A model generated the notes under the pieces. That model ran no database searches, was not told the DNA's origin, and saw only the letters and a program-made list of their open reading frames with translations. From NCBI GenBank assembly GCA_963696385.1, contig CAVOKF010000003.1, positions 416,001-480,000 of the forward strand: a stretch of DNA of 64,000 nucleotides, given 5' to 3'. How positions within the stretch are numbered: position 1 is the first letter of the stretch; each line of letters begins with the position of its first letter. The stretch comes from an uncultured delta proteobacterium (GTDB taxonomy: Bacteria; Myxococcota_A; Polyangia; Polyangiales; Polyangiaceae). The position numbers and the translations under genes are program-made. Below, piece by piece: positions 43,681-52,639 of this stretch.

Positions 43681-44334
43681 CTAGGGCGCGACCGGTTGGG
43701 TCCGAAAGGTCAGCGTCTTGTCGCTCGTCGCGATTTGTCGCACAAATAGTTGCGCAAAGCTTCCGAAGAGCGCGTCACCCGGCCCGATCCCCGTGCTGCC
43801 GGTGGGTCGTGACATCCAACGTCCGATCTGATCGATCATCTCGGGCGAGACCGGGTTGACGTCGACGACCACCGCCAGAAAGTACGGCTCCCCGGGCGCG
43901 AGAAGACCGCGCCTGGCGACGGCAAGGTCTCTCGCCTCCGTGCACACGCGCAGCACCCCGTCGAGCACAGCAGCCTGGTCGCGCTCACGCTCCGGCTCGC
44001 TCACGTGGACCCTGAATACTTCATCCCAAAGGTCGTAGACGACACGGCACACGCGCGGAGCGAGGGCCACCGGCGCATCCTGCCCTTCGCGGTAGACGTA
44101 CGCTCGCATCGCGATCACCATGGGAAGGCCGCTCGAGAGCTTCTTGGCGAGCGCCGGATCGGCGAGCACGTCTCGATACGAAAAGCTGGCGCGCAGCAAA
44201 TCACGATCCCAGGCGTAATTCGCCAGCCGCAGCGCGAGCGCCGCCGGATGCGGGGGGCGCTGCTGCGCGTCCGCGTCGACAGGTGCCATGACGGCAATGG
44301 CACTGGCCAACGCGAGAGCGCGCAGCCCCCTCAT
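43681..44334 (-). CDS. Secreted protein, DUF4390-like
   Basis: Signal peptide; LSSGLP, YDLWDEVF motifs. Confidence 0.6.
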   Translation of the reverse strand: MRGLRALALASAIAVMAPVDADAQQRPPHPAALALRLANYAWDRDLLRASFSYRDVLADPALAKKLSSGLPMVIAMRAYVYREGQDAPVALAPRVCRVVYDLWDEVFRVHVSEPERERDQAAVLDGVLRVCTEARDLAVARRGLLAPGEPYFLAVVVDVNPVSPEMIDQIGRWMSRPTGSTGIGPGDALFGSFAQLFVRQIATSDKTLTFRTQPVAP

Positions 44335-45977
44335 GGCCCGACCGCCCCTTGAGCTTGACCACGAACGGGAATGAGGCCCACCAGGTTGGCGACGCCGACG
44401 ACGAAACCACCGACCTGGGTATCGATCCGCAAACCCGCATTGAACGTGAGATCGATCGGAACGGTCGCGAACCCCCGATACCCACGCGCAGGCGCGACGA
44501 AGTCCTCTTCGTTCGCGATTCCGTAGACGCCCAAACTCGCGAAGAAGTCGACCCCGTAGATCGAACGGGTGCCTCGATAGATAGGAATGCGGTACTCCGC
44601 ATTGAGCTTGGCGGCGTAGTTGCCGTAGCGGATCTCGACCACGTCCGTCCCGAAGAAGTTCGGCGCCGGCCTTCGATCAAAGTTCAGGTCGAGCACCCGA
44701 TCAGGCAAGAGATCGCTCAAGTCGCCGACGTAAAAGCGCTCGAAGAGCGGTGCGTCGCCGAAAATGGCCCCGGCAAACCCCTGGAGCTCGAGGACGTGCC
44801 CCCACGGCAGCGCCACCCATTGCGACGCGCGAAGGACGATCTTCGTGTAAGGGTAATCGCTGCCGAACGGTGTCAGCGACGCGTCGACGCTCGACAGGAT
44901 GTATCGTCCGCTCGTCGTCAGAAAGGGCTCGTCGCGCGTATCGTTGACGATGGTCGCGCCCAACGTAGACAAGACGCTCGCCCCCGACGGGAGCATGAAG
45001 TCGATGGGCTCGACGTCGAGGCCCCGGTAGTCGCTCGCGGCCAGCGGCAATGTCGCGTTGATTTTTTCGAGGCGATAATCGAAAAATATCTGGGAAGAGA
45101 TGCCGAGGTCGTGACCGAAACCCACGCGTCCACCGAACCGCTTGTATTGCGCGACGGCATAGTCCTGAGTTGACTTCTGGGTCGGATCGTCGACGAGCAC
45201 ATCGCCGTTGCCGAAGAAGTCACGAGCGTTGTTGTAGAGGAGCTCCCCCTCGGCGATCCAGTTCGAGCGCAAAAACAGCGGGTCGGTGACTCGAACGCGC
45301 AGGGCGAGTTGGCCGTCGGCCGACTGCGCATAGCCACCGCCGAGGGCGATCCCCGTGCCCGCCAAGTTCGTCTCGGTGATCTTGATGCCGCCGTACGCCG
45401 TGAGCGGCTTCTTGTTGCCGTTCGCCTCGAAGTCCTCGGACAAGCCGAGCCACACGTCGTCGATGATCAGCGTGTTGCGCTCGATGACATCGACGACCAG
45501 GACGACCGCACCGCGGCGCGTTCCCCGACGCAGCGACAGCTGCACGTCGCGGAAGAAGCCAGTGCCTAGCAAACGAAACCGGGTGAACTCGAGCTCGCGG
45601 TCATTGACGTCGAGCACGTCGCCGGCACGAAAGGGAACGTAACGGAGCACAACCCGAGCGAGCGTCGTCCGATTGCCGCGCACCTCGACGCCCTCGAGTG
45701 TGTACTTCAGGCCGACCGCCCCCGGGGGTCGTACCGCCTCGATTCCGATCGCCGACGCTTCGGCGACCCGCGGGGCCGCCGAGCGCGGCGCCGAACCGGC
45801 CACTGGCGTCCCCAAAGTCGGCGGCGGCGGCGAAGGGCCAGAAGGAACCGTCGACAGCGCATCCGGCGACGCGCCGCCGCCCCACGTACGAACTGCCTGC
45901 GCGCGACCGAGAGAAGGCGCACCCATCCCGTGAACCGCGAGGACCGCGAACGCGAAAGAGAGCGGGCCCCGTCGCAC
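44331..45977 (-). CDS. Omp85 (BamA/TamA-family) outer-membrane protein with one POTRA
   Basis: VEVRGNRTT POTRA; ETNLAGTG; PLFERFYVG; NAEYRIP. Confidence 0.85.
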   Translation of the reverse strand: MRRGPLSFAFAVLAVHGMGAPSLGRAQAVRTWGGGASPDALSTVPSGPSPPPPTLGTPVAGSAPRSAAPRVAEASAIGIEAVRPPGAVGLKYTLEGVEVRGNRTTLARVVLRYVPFRAGDVLDVNDRELEFTRFRLLGTGFFRDVQLSLRRGTRRGAVVLVVDVIERNTLIIDDVWLGLSEDFEANGNKKPLTAYGGIKITETNLAGTGIALGGGYAQSADGQLALRVRVTDPLFLRSNWIAEGELLYNNARDFFGNGDVLVDDPTQKSTQDYAVAQYKRFGGRVGFGHDLGISSQIFFDYRLEKINATLPLAASDYRGLDVEPIDFMLPSGASVLSTLGATIVNDTRDEPFLTTSGRYILSSVDASLTPFGSDYPYTKIVLRASQWVALPWGHVLELQGFAGAIFGDAPLFERFYVGDLSDLLPDRVLDLNFDRRPAPNFFGTDVVEIRYGNYAAKLNAEYRIPIYRGTRSIYGVDFFASLGVYGIANEEDFVAPARGYRGFATVPIDLTFNAGLRIDTQVGGFVVGVANLVGLIPVRGQAQGAVGP

Positions 45978-46625
45978 GCGGGCCGCATCCTATCCGGTCC
46001 GTCTCCACCTTGCTGGCTGACGCTCGAGTGCAACCAGCCGTTTTCAGCGAACGCGATACCCCGATCGCGTCTGCCATCGAAGTCGAATCCGAACAGGCGA
46101 ACGCGGATGCGGCGACGTCTCGCTTCCAACGACGCAAATGTTGTGCCGACTCAGGTGATCGGCGCGCAGACGTCACCCCTCTTGCAGCAGCGCGAATCGC
46201 CGCCCGTACACAGGTGCGTGGCGGATCGAGGTCTGCGCCACCGGCAGGTGTCAACAGGGGCCAACCGCTCCGATGCGGAGTGGGTCGACGGTTGAATGAC
46301 CGGCCCTGGTGCGATACGGATGGTCGCGCTGTCGGGCTGTGGAGTCGGCCGTAATCGCGGCGCAGTGCATGCGTTGCCAGTGACTGCTGCGGGGCGCGTG
46401 CGCCGCCGGACCCCTATTCCTGCGGATCGATAAGGAGGCAGGCGATGCGGGCAAGGGCGTTCTCACGGCAGTCGGCCACGTTACGAGCGAGATCGCACAG
46501 TTGCGCATTCCAAAGCATGCGTCCGATCGCGGTGAGCACGGCCAGATGGCATACACGGGCACACCGAGCACGCGCCCGCGCCGTACGACAGAATCGGCGG
46601 CGCCTCGGGGAAATCCGAGGCGGAA

Positions 46626-47009
46626 ATGACTCGAGTATTTCTCATCGGTCTCGCGGGCGCGCTGGGTACGCTCTCGCGCTACTTCGTGGGCATTTTTGCT
46701 GGTCGCGCTCTGGGCGCGGACTTCCCTTACGGCACGCTCATCGTCAACGTGCTTGGCTGCTTTCTCATTGCCGTGGTCTCGCAGCTCGCACTATCGACGA
46801 CGCTCATTTCGCCGACGCTGCGCATGACCCTGACGACGGGGTTCATGGGAGGGTTCACGACCTACTCGAGCTTCAACTACGAGACGACGAATCTGCTCCG
46901 CGAGCGCGCCTGGGCGACCGGCTTGCTGAACGTCGGGATTACCATGGTGGGCTGCTTCGTCGCGGGACTGCTCGGGCTCGCTGTCGCGCGCCGCATCGCT
47001 GGTTCCTGA
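46626..47009 (+). CDS. crcB: Fluoride channel Fluc/CrcB
   Basis: GALGTLSRY, FPYGTLIVNVLGCF, TGFMGGFTTYSSF. Confidence 0.96.
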   Translation: MTRVFLIGLAGALGTLSRYFVGIFAGRALGADFPYGTLIVNVLGCFLIAVVSQLALSTTLISPTLRMTLTTGFMGGFTTYSSFNYETTNLLRERAWATGLLNVGITMVGCFVAGLLGLAVARRIAGS

Positions 47010-47026
47010 AGCCTTTGGAGGGCATC

Positions 47027-47407
47027 ATGCGCGTTCTCGATGGCGAACAGTTTCTGGTCCGCATCTTCATCGGCGACTCGGAGCGGTGGCATCATATGCC
47101 GCTCGACCGCGCGCTCCTCGAGCGGCTGCGTCGCGAGGGGTTCGCCGGCGCGACCGTATTCCACGGCGTCGCTGGGTTCGGCGCAGCCAGCGTGATTCAC
47201 ACGGCGCACCTGGTCGATCTGTCGGGCGACCTGCCCGTCGTCATCGAGGTGGTCGATGATCGAGCACACGTGGACAAGCTCATCGCGATCCTCGACGAGA
47301 TGCTCGTCGGCGGCGCGCTCGTCACGATGGAGAAGGTCCGTGTTCTCAAGTACGCGGCAGGCAATCACGGGACACCGCCCCCCGCTGCGCCCTCTTCGCC
47401 CGGATAA
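47027..47407 (+). CDS. DUF190 (PII-like) protein
   Basis: RIFIGDS, GATVFHGVAGFG, LSGDLPVVIEVVD; usual crcB partner. Confidence 0.9.
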   Translation: MRVLDGEQFLVRIFIGDSERWHHMPLDRALLERLRREGFAGATVFHGVAGFGAASVIHTAHLVDLSGDLPVVIEVVDDRAHVDKLIAILDEMLVGGALVTMEKVRVLKYAAGNHGTPPPAAPSSPG

Positions 47408-47500
47408 GCGCCCAAAGCCGAGCGATGGCCATGAAATGGGCTCAAGCCAGTTGCGCACGGGATGACAGGCCCAACGCGTTCGCAGACTCTCGTACGACCG

Positions 47501-48622
47501 TCATGCGCGACGCACGAAACGGTCCTTGTCGGCGAGCCGCGCGAGCAGACGCTCGATGCGAAGCATCCAGGCAAGGTTCGATTGCGCGTGCGCGTAATCC
47601 ATTGCGGCGTAGAGGTGCGTTTGTTCGAGGTCCAACCGTTCGGGCGATCGCTCGAGGAGCGGGATATAGTGCTTCAGGAAGCGTGCTTGCGGAAACCGGG
47701 TGCGCTTCGCCACGGCGCAGCGAACAACCGCGTGCAGAGCATATCGATCGGCGAAAGGCGTTTGAACCATATGCCAAGCCCGAAGCCGCGCAAGGGCATG
47801 CTCAGCCTGCAGTTCGGATCGCACGCCCGCGAGCTTCGCGAGCGACCTGGCGTCGACGTGGTCGCCCGCGGTCTCGGCTAGAACGGTCAGCATTCGGCGC
47901 TCGATTCGTTCCATTCGCTTCCACGCCCACTCGACCAATGAAGAAACCTCAGGCAAGTCGTCTTCGTGATCGATGACTCGAACGTCGGCGACGCCGCGGT
48001 CGCACAGCCAGCCGCGCAGCTCGTTGACGGTCGTCGCTCCGGATCGTACGAGCGCTTCGGCGATGTCGAGCGCCAGCGGGTTCTGACGCAGCCACGGCGT
48101 CAGCGCACGGACGCGTGAAAACGCGGTTTTTCCCGCTATTGCTTGGGGCGCGACAACGGGAAAGATGGTCACTCCCGAAAGCAGGCAGCGCCGCGCCGTG
48201 AGGACCCACGTAACCGGCGCGGACCCGAGTTCGTTGAGAAGCCTTGCGACAGCGGCGTCGTTTTCGTGATTGTCGAGGACGATGAGTCGCGCCTCTTGCG
48301 TAGCGAGCCACCGGCAGAGCGAGCTAAACAGAATCGCGGGATCGCCGCGCGGCACCCGGAAGCGAATCGCCAACATTTCCGCAAGCGTTCTCGCGTCCCA
48401 GGGCCCGGAACGAAACCAATGTGCTCCGCCGGCGAAGCGTGCCTTAACGCGATGGCCGACCGCGCACGCGAGCATCGACTTGCCGCTGCCGCCTGAGCCG
48501 ATGAGCGCGATTCGCGCAGGCTTCCCCGGGCGGAGCGATGCCGAGAGGGTCGCTAGCTCCATGACCCGCCCTTTGAGGCCGATCGGTCGGGGCGGAAACA
48601 GGCCGGTGTCCGATTCGTGCAC
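47501..48622 (-). CDS. STAND/NB-ARC-like P-loop NTPase with no obvious effector or repeat domain
   Basis: GAGGAG RBS; Walker A GSGGSGKS; Walker B LIVLDN; LTAR sensor; NPLAL; wHTH-like RYALHAVVR. Confidence 0.75.
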   Translation of the reverse strand: MHESDTGLFPPRPIGLKGRVMELATLSASLRPGKPARIALIGSGGSGKSMLACAVGHRVKARFAGGAHWFRSGPWDARTLAEMLAIRFRVPRGDPAILFSSLCRWLATQEARLIVLDNHENDAAVARLLNELGSAPVTWVLTARRCLLSGVTIFPVVAPQAIAGKTAFSRVRALTPWLRQNPLALDIAEALVRSGATTVNELRGWLCDRGVADVRVIDHEDDLPEVSSLVEWAWKRMERIERRMLTVLAETAGDHVDARSLAKLAGVRSELQAEHALARLRAWHMVQTPFADRYALHAVVRCAVAKRTRFPQARFLKHYIPLLERSPERLDLEQTHLYAAMDYAHAQSNLAWMLRIERLLARLADKDRFVRRA

Positions 48623-48954
48623 GACCGCTCCTCATACCGCCCGGAAAGCGGCAGAAGCAACCGCTTCTGGGGTTTCGAGGGTTGGCGCTCGCCGCCCTCT
48701 GGATCGGGTTCCTGGGCTTGCTCGACCTGCTGCCCCCAGCGCGAGGTGGGCACGCGGTCGGCGGGCGCCAAATCCTGTTCAGCGGCTCTGCGAGGATCGC
48801 CGGCAGCAGGTCGCAGCCGAATGATCACCGGGGGTGCGCCGAGGGGTGATCGGCGGTACAGGGGGTGCCCGCAACGCGTGCCGCGCCTCTTGGTAGGCGA
48901 GCGAAGAGCACACGCGCAAAGTATACGTCGCAGTTATCGAGACTACAGATTTTT

Positions 48955-48992
48955 GCCCCCGTAGCTCAGAGGATAGAGCAGCGGTTTCCTAA
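48955..48992 (+). pseudogene. 5' half of tRNA-Arg(CCT), truncated after the anticodon loop (probable attL)
   Basis: GCCCCCG TA GCTC-AGAGGATA-GAGC A GCGGT TTCCTAA; the expected ACCGC strand and T arm do not follow. Confidence 0.88.
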
Positions 48993-49006
48993 TTCGGGGC
49001 ATCCGG

Positions 49007-49092
49007 CGCCCGTCGGGACGCACGAAAGCCTGGGAAAAAAGGCAAATGGTGCGTGTTTGACGGGCGATCAGACAGTGGCGAATAGTGGCGAA
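49007..49092. repeat. Putative att arm: inverted repeat plus tandem direct repeats
   Basis: CGCCCGTC(49007)/GACGGGCG(49059) and ACGCAC(49018)/GTGCGT(49049); AGTGGCGAA at 49074 and 49084. Confidence 0.6.
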
Positions 49093-49585
49093 ACGCGCGA
49101 GATGGGACCGCTTGGTTTGCAGGGCGGGACACTAAAGGACGTTTCGCTGGACGCGCTCTTGGCCGAGCTCGCACGGCGTCGGTGAGGTCCCTCGTGGGGA
49201 CTTCACGAAGTGAGGCAATAATGAAGTCCGTCTGAGGGACATCATTCGGCTGGCCGCGTCGTCACGCAAGCGACCATGAAGCTCGCGGAGCTCTACGCCG
49301 AGGAGACGAGCGCCAGTCCTGGGGTCAAAGCGCAATTATTTGATCGCGAACAAGCAATTCGTCCCGGCAAGGCGGCCGTAGCGGAGGTGCACGAGAAAAA
49401 GATGCTGGCTTGTACCGCCAATTGGCTCTCATGATGCCCCCCATCAATTGCGGAGCCATACGCAATGATTCCCGCATGTTAGCGACGATCTGGTCTAGCT
49501 AAGAATTGTAACCGTCGCTGCGCAAAACGGGTGGGAGATTCGAGCTCTTTCGGGGTCGTCCGATTCGGTGCCACTAGGTTCGGTC

Positions 49586-49840
49586 ATGCCCGAACCCGCA
49601 TTACTTCCGTTGCGTGACGCCCTCGTCAGGTATCCAGGCATCTCGCTGGAGACCGCCCGCCGCCTCATACGCGACGGGAAATTACCAGCCGTCCTCATTG
49701 GCCGAATCTATCTGGTCAGTCCGGCCGACGTCGCGAAACTGTTCGCGCCCAAGCTGCGCAATGGACCGGCGCCCCGCAAGCCGCGAGAGAGCGAGACCGC
49801 CAGGGCCGAGCGGCAGTTGACGGAGGCGGGTCTCCGCTGA
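49586..49840 (+). CDS. Excisionase/AlpA-like HTH protein
   Basis: GISLETARRLIRDGKLPAVLIGRIYLV is a typical HTH_17/Xis pattern. Confidence 0.82.
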   Translation: MPEPALLPLRDALVRYPGISLETARRLIRDGKLPAVLIGRIYLVSPADVAKLFAPKLRNGPAPRKPRESETARAERQLTEAGLR

Positions 49841-49845
49841 CGCAC

Positions 49846-50301
49846 ATGAGTACTCCGCCATCGTTCGTAATCTATTGCGACTCGCGCGAGCAAACTCCGC
49901 CTCCGTTTCCTGATGGTGTCGTACTCGAGCGGGTCACTATGTCCGAGGCGGATTACACGTCGCCGAAGCTACAGGGGATCGGAGTCGTCGAACGCAAATC
50001 CACATCCGACTTCGCGAGCTCGATCACGCACTCGAGAGAGAGATTCGACGACGAGGTCCGGCGACTGAAGGCGTATCGCTGGAAGTGCATCATCGTCGAG
50101 GGGAGCCTCCACGACGTCTATCGATGCACGACCGCGCACCCGCATTCGATCATCGGCTCTATTGCATCGTTCTATGCGCGGGCTGATATCCCGACGATTT
50201 TCGCGGGCAATGCCGCAGGTGCGGGCCGACTCATCGCTGGCATTCTCCGTCGCTGGGAGGAGCGCATATTGGCAGAGCGCGCCGAGAGGGGGGCCGCATG
50301 A
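49846..50301 (+). CDS. ERCC4-domain structure-specific nuclease
   Basis: DSREQ, ADY, VERKSTSDFASSI, ERFDDEVRRL, IIVEG. Confidence 0.88.
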   Translation: MSTPPSFVIYCDSREQTPPPFPDGVVLERVTMSEADYTSPKLQGIGVVERKSTSDFASSITHSRERFDDEVRRLKAYRWKCIIVEGSLHDVYRCTTAHPHSIIGSIASFYARADIPTIFAGNAAGAGRLIAGILRRWEERILAERAERGAA

Positions 50302-50510
50302 CTCGAATGCTTGGCTCGCCTGAAAATCAAGCGCGCGTATACGCCAGACGCGCCGCTGGCAAACCGCTCGACGATAACGATCTCGCGGTGATCGGCGAGC
50401 TGCCGGACGACCCTTCAGACGGTTGCATATCAGCACTCGAGCTCGGCGACCAGACTCCCGAGGACATCGCCGAAATCGAACGCCTCGTCAAAGAAAAGAT
50501 GGGCGCGTAA
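50298..50510 (+). CDS. Small acidic hypothetical protein
   Basis: Start/stop overlaps on both sides. Confidence 0.6.
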   Translation: MTRMLGSPENQARVYARRAAGKPLDDNDLAVIGELPDDPSDGCISALELGDQTPEDIAEIERLVKEKMGA

Positions 50511-52078
50511 TGGCCAGCATAACGCCGATCGAGAGCAGGCGCATATTGGAATTGGTCGACGGATTTCCGAAGACGGATTCTGGCAATGCCGAAAGGCTTA
50601 TCGCGCTCAGCGGTCGAGAGCTCCGATACGTGCGTACGTGGTCGAAGTGGATCGCCTGGAATGGCAAACATTGGACGCTGGACGAAGGCGCTCCGCACCG
50701 CGCAGCGAAGGCCATGGCCCGCGCGCTCATGAAGCAGGCGCAGCGAATCGATGATCCAGACGCGAGAAGCGCGGCCGTCCGATATTCACTCAAGTGCGAG
50801 GGCAAGGCGTCGATTGAGGCAATGGTGTCCTTGGCTCGTTACGAGCTGGCGGTTGCCATTGGCCACGAAGAGCTCGACGCCGATCCGTGGCTGCTCTGCG
50901 TTCGCAACGGCACAATCGACCTCAAAACGGGTGAGCTTCGGCCGCATCGGCGTGAGGACCTCATCACCAAGATTGCGCCCATTGACTACGACCCGGCCGC
51001 GACATGCAATCGGTTCGAGCGATTCGTATCCGAGATCATGGCGGGCGACGCTGCGCTCGTCACATTCATTCACCGGTTTCTCGGCTACTGCATGACCGGC
51101 GACGTTCGCGAGCACATTCTCGCCTTCTGGCACGGCGAGGGCGGCAACGGCAAAAGCATGCTCGCCGATCTCGTTCTCTTCGTTATGGGCGATTACGCCT
51201 GCAAAGCAGCGCCGGACCTTCTTTTCAAGGGTGAACACTCGGAGCGTCACCCGACCGAGCTTTGCGACTTGTACGGGCGGCGACTCGTCGTTTGCAACGA
51301 GACGACGAGCGGGCGCTCGTGGGACGAGGCGACGGTGAAGGACATCACCGGCGGCGACCGCATTCGAGCGCGGCGCATGCGCGAGGATTTTCGGGAGTTC
51401 AGTCCGAGCCATAAGCTGCTCGTTTTCGGGAACCATCGACCGCGTATCCGATGCGTAGACAAGGCGATGGAGCGACGGCTCCGACTCGTGCCGTTCGCCG
51501 TCAGCTTCATCGGACGTGAGGACAAGGACCTCAAGCAAGCGCTCAAGGCCGAGGGCCCTGGCGTGCTGGCATGGCTCGTCCGTGGATGCCTTCAGTGGCA
51601 GGCCGAGGGCCTTCCCGACGTCGCCGCGGTCCGCGACGCGACGCAAGCCTATCTCCGCGACGAAGACACACTCGGTCAATTTTTCGACGGCGAGTGCGTC
51701 TTCGACCCGACGGCCAAGATCAGCCGCAAGGAGCTCCGAGACCGCTATGTGGCGTGGTGCGACGACCGCGACGAGCGTCCTGTCAGTCCAAAAACGATCG
51801 CGGATGCCATCACAAGGCGCGCCGTCGTCCCGCGCAAGGTTTGGACAGCGAAGGGGCCTCGTGACGGATGGGCGGGAATTCGGCTCGCAAATGAGGCCGA
51901 ACGAACGACCGCTAGCGACATAGTGACGCCTAACGAGGAAATCCCGGTTCAACGCGATCAGAACGTTTCTCGTGAGATAACCCGGGAATTGCCGACTATG
52001 CCCACTAGCTCGCTAGACGGCGACCAAGAGGACTTCGGCGACTACCTCGAGCGCGAAGGAATTGGGGGTGAGGAGTGA
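50510..52078 (+). CDS. P4-family D5_N + SF3 helicase with wHTH (no primase domain)
   Basis: TDSGNAERL, WNGKHW, NGTIDLKTG, GEGGNGKS, KDITGGD, GNHRP, RRLRLVPF. Confidence 0.92.
   Translation: MASITPIESRRILELVDGFPKTDSGNAERLIALSGRELRYVRTWSKWIAWNGKHWTLDEGAPHRAAKAMARALMKQAQRIDDPDARSAAVRYSLKCEGKASIEAMVSLARYELAVAIGHEELDADPWLLCVRNGTIDLKTGELRPHRREDLITKIAPIDYDPAATCNRFERFVSEIMAGDAALVTFIHRFLGYCMTGDVREHILAFWHGEGGNGKSMLADLVLFVMGDYACKAAPDLLFKGEHSERHPTELCDLYGRRLVVCNETTSGRSWDEATVKDITGGDRIRARRMREDFREFSPSHKLLVFGNHRPRIRCVDKAMERRLRLVPFAVSFIGREDKDLKQALKAEGPGVLAWLVRGCLQWQAEGLPDVAAVRDATQAYLRDEDTLGQFFDGECVFDPTAKISRKELRDRYVAWCDDRDERPVSPKTIADAITRRAVVPRKVWTAKGPRDGWAGIRLANEAERTTASDIVTPNEEIPVQRDQNVSREITRELPTMPTSSLDGDQEDFGDYLEREGIGGEE
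51911..52009. repeat. Imperfect inverted repeat in the helicase 3' end, candidate replication origin
   Basis: GCTAG-CGA-CATAGT ... ACTATG-CCCA-CTAGC, with inner ATCCCGGTT / AACCCGGGAAT. Confidence 0.5.
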
Positions 52079-52480
52079 CCGCCCCGACCTGCCTTTGGCC
52101 TAGTCCCGGAATGGCAGGCCCCTTCGCTGTTCTCGATATCCCCTGCAAGGACATCGATGCCACAACGGTTCAGCAAACCGTTGCAGACGCTTGTTTTCAG
52201 CGCCTTTCCTCGTCAAAGGACGATATAGCGAATCGTCCTGCGAAACAGCCCGCGGAATCATTGATGATTTTGGCGCTGGCCAACGTACTCGAGCCTGCCC
52301 CGTATCCGCGGCTCAGCGGACCCCTCGGCGGGCGGAAGCGCCGCATGGTGCGGCGACTCGCGACGGCGACCGGCGTGGTGCCGGAGGAAGTCTCCGGTCC
52401 GGACAAGGCTGTTTCACACCGCATGAATCACGGCCGTCGCCGCTTGAGGATTACGCGTTTCCCGATTGGAGGATTACCCC

Positions 52481-52639
52481 ATGAGACGTCGCAAACGACA
52501 TAAGGCCTCTCAGGTGCGCCCTGGCGAGCGCGCGAACAGGGTGCCGCCGCCAATCGAGGTGCCGCTCCGGTTGCCGCCATTGCCCCGCGAGTTTGTCGCC
52601 CTCCGCGCCGACGAGCGCGTTGCAGGCAAGGTCAAATGA
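52481..52639 (+). CDS. Small basic protein (52 aa)
   Basis: GGAGG RBS; MRRRKRHKASQ...; ATGA overlap with the next gene; not in the ORF track. Confidence 0.5.
   Translation: MRRRKRHKASQVRPGERANRVPPPIEVPLRLPPLPREFVALRADERVAGKVK

Noticed and set aside
45980..46625. Canonical fluoride riboswitch upstream of crcB
   Set aside because: No GGCGATGG..TTCGCC...TGATGAC consensus found by eye.
48865..49185. 106-aa ORF spanning the tRNA half
   Set aside because: APVAQRIEQRFP is simply the translated tRNA sequence; the ORF crosses the junction.
48990..49560. Group I intron in the tRNA-Arg(CCT) anticodon loop
   Set aside because: Such introns exist, but I found no 3' exon (AAACCGC...GGTTCGA) or recognisable catalytic core downstream; att-like repeats and phage genes follow instead.
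52075..52503. 142-aa ORF after the helicase
   Set aside because: Atypical composition and rich in palindromes; more likely a cis-acting region, though not excluded.
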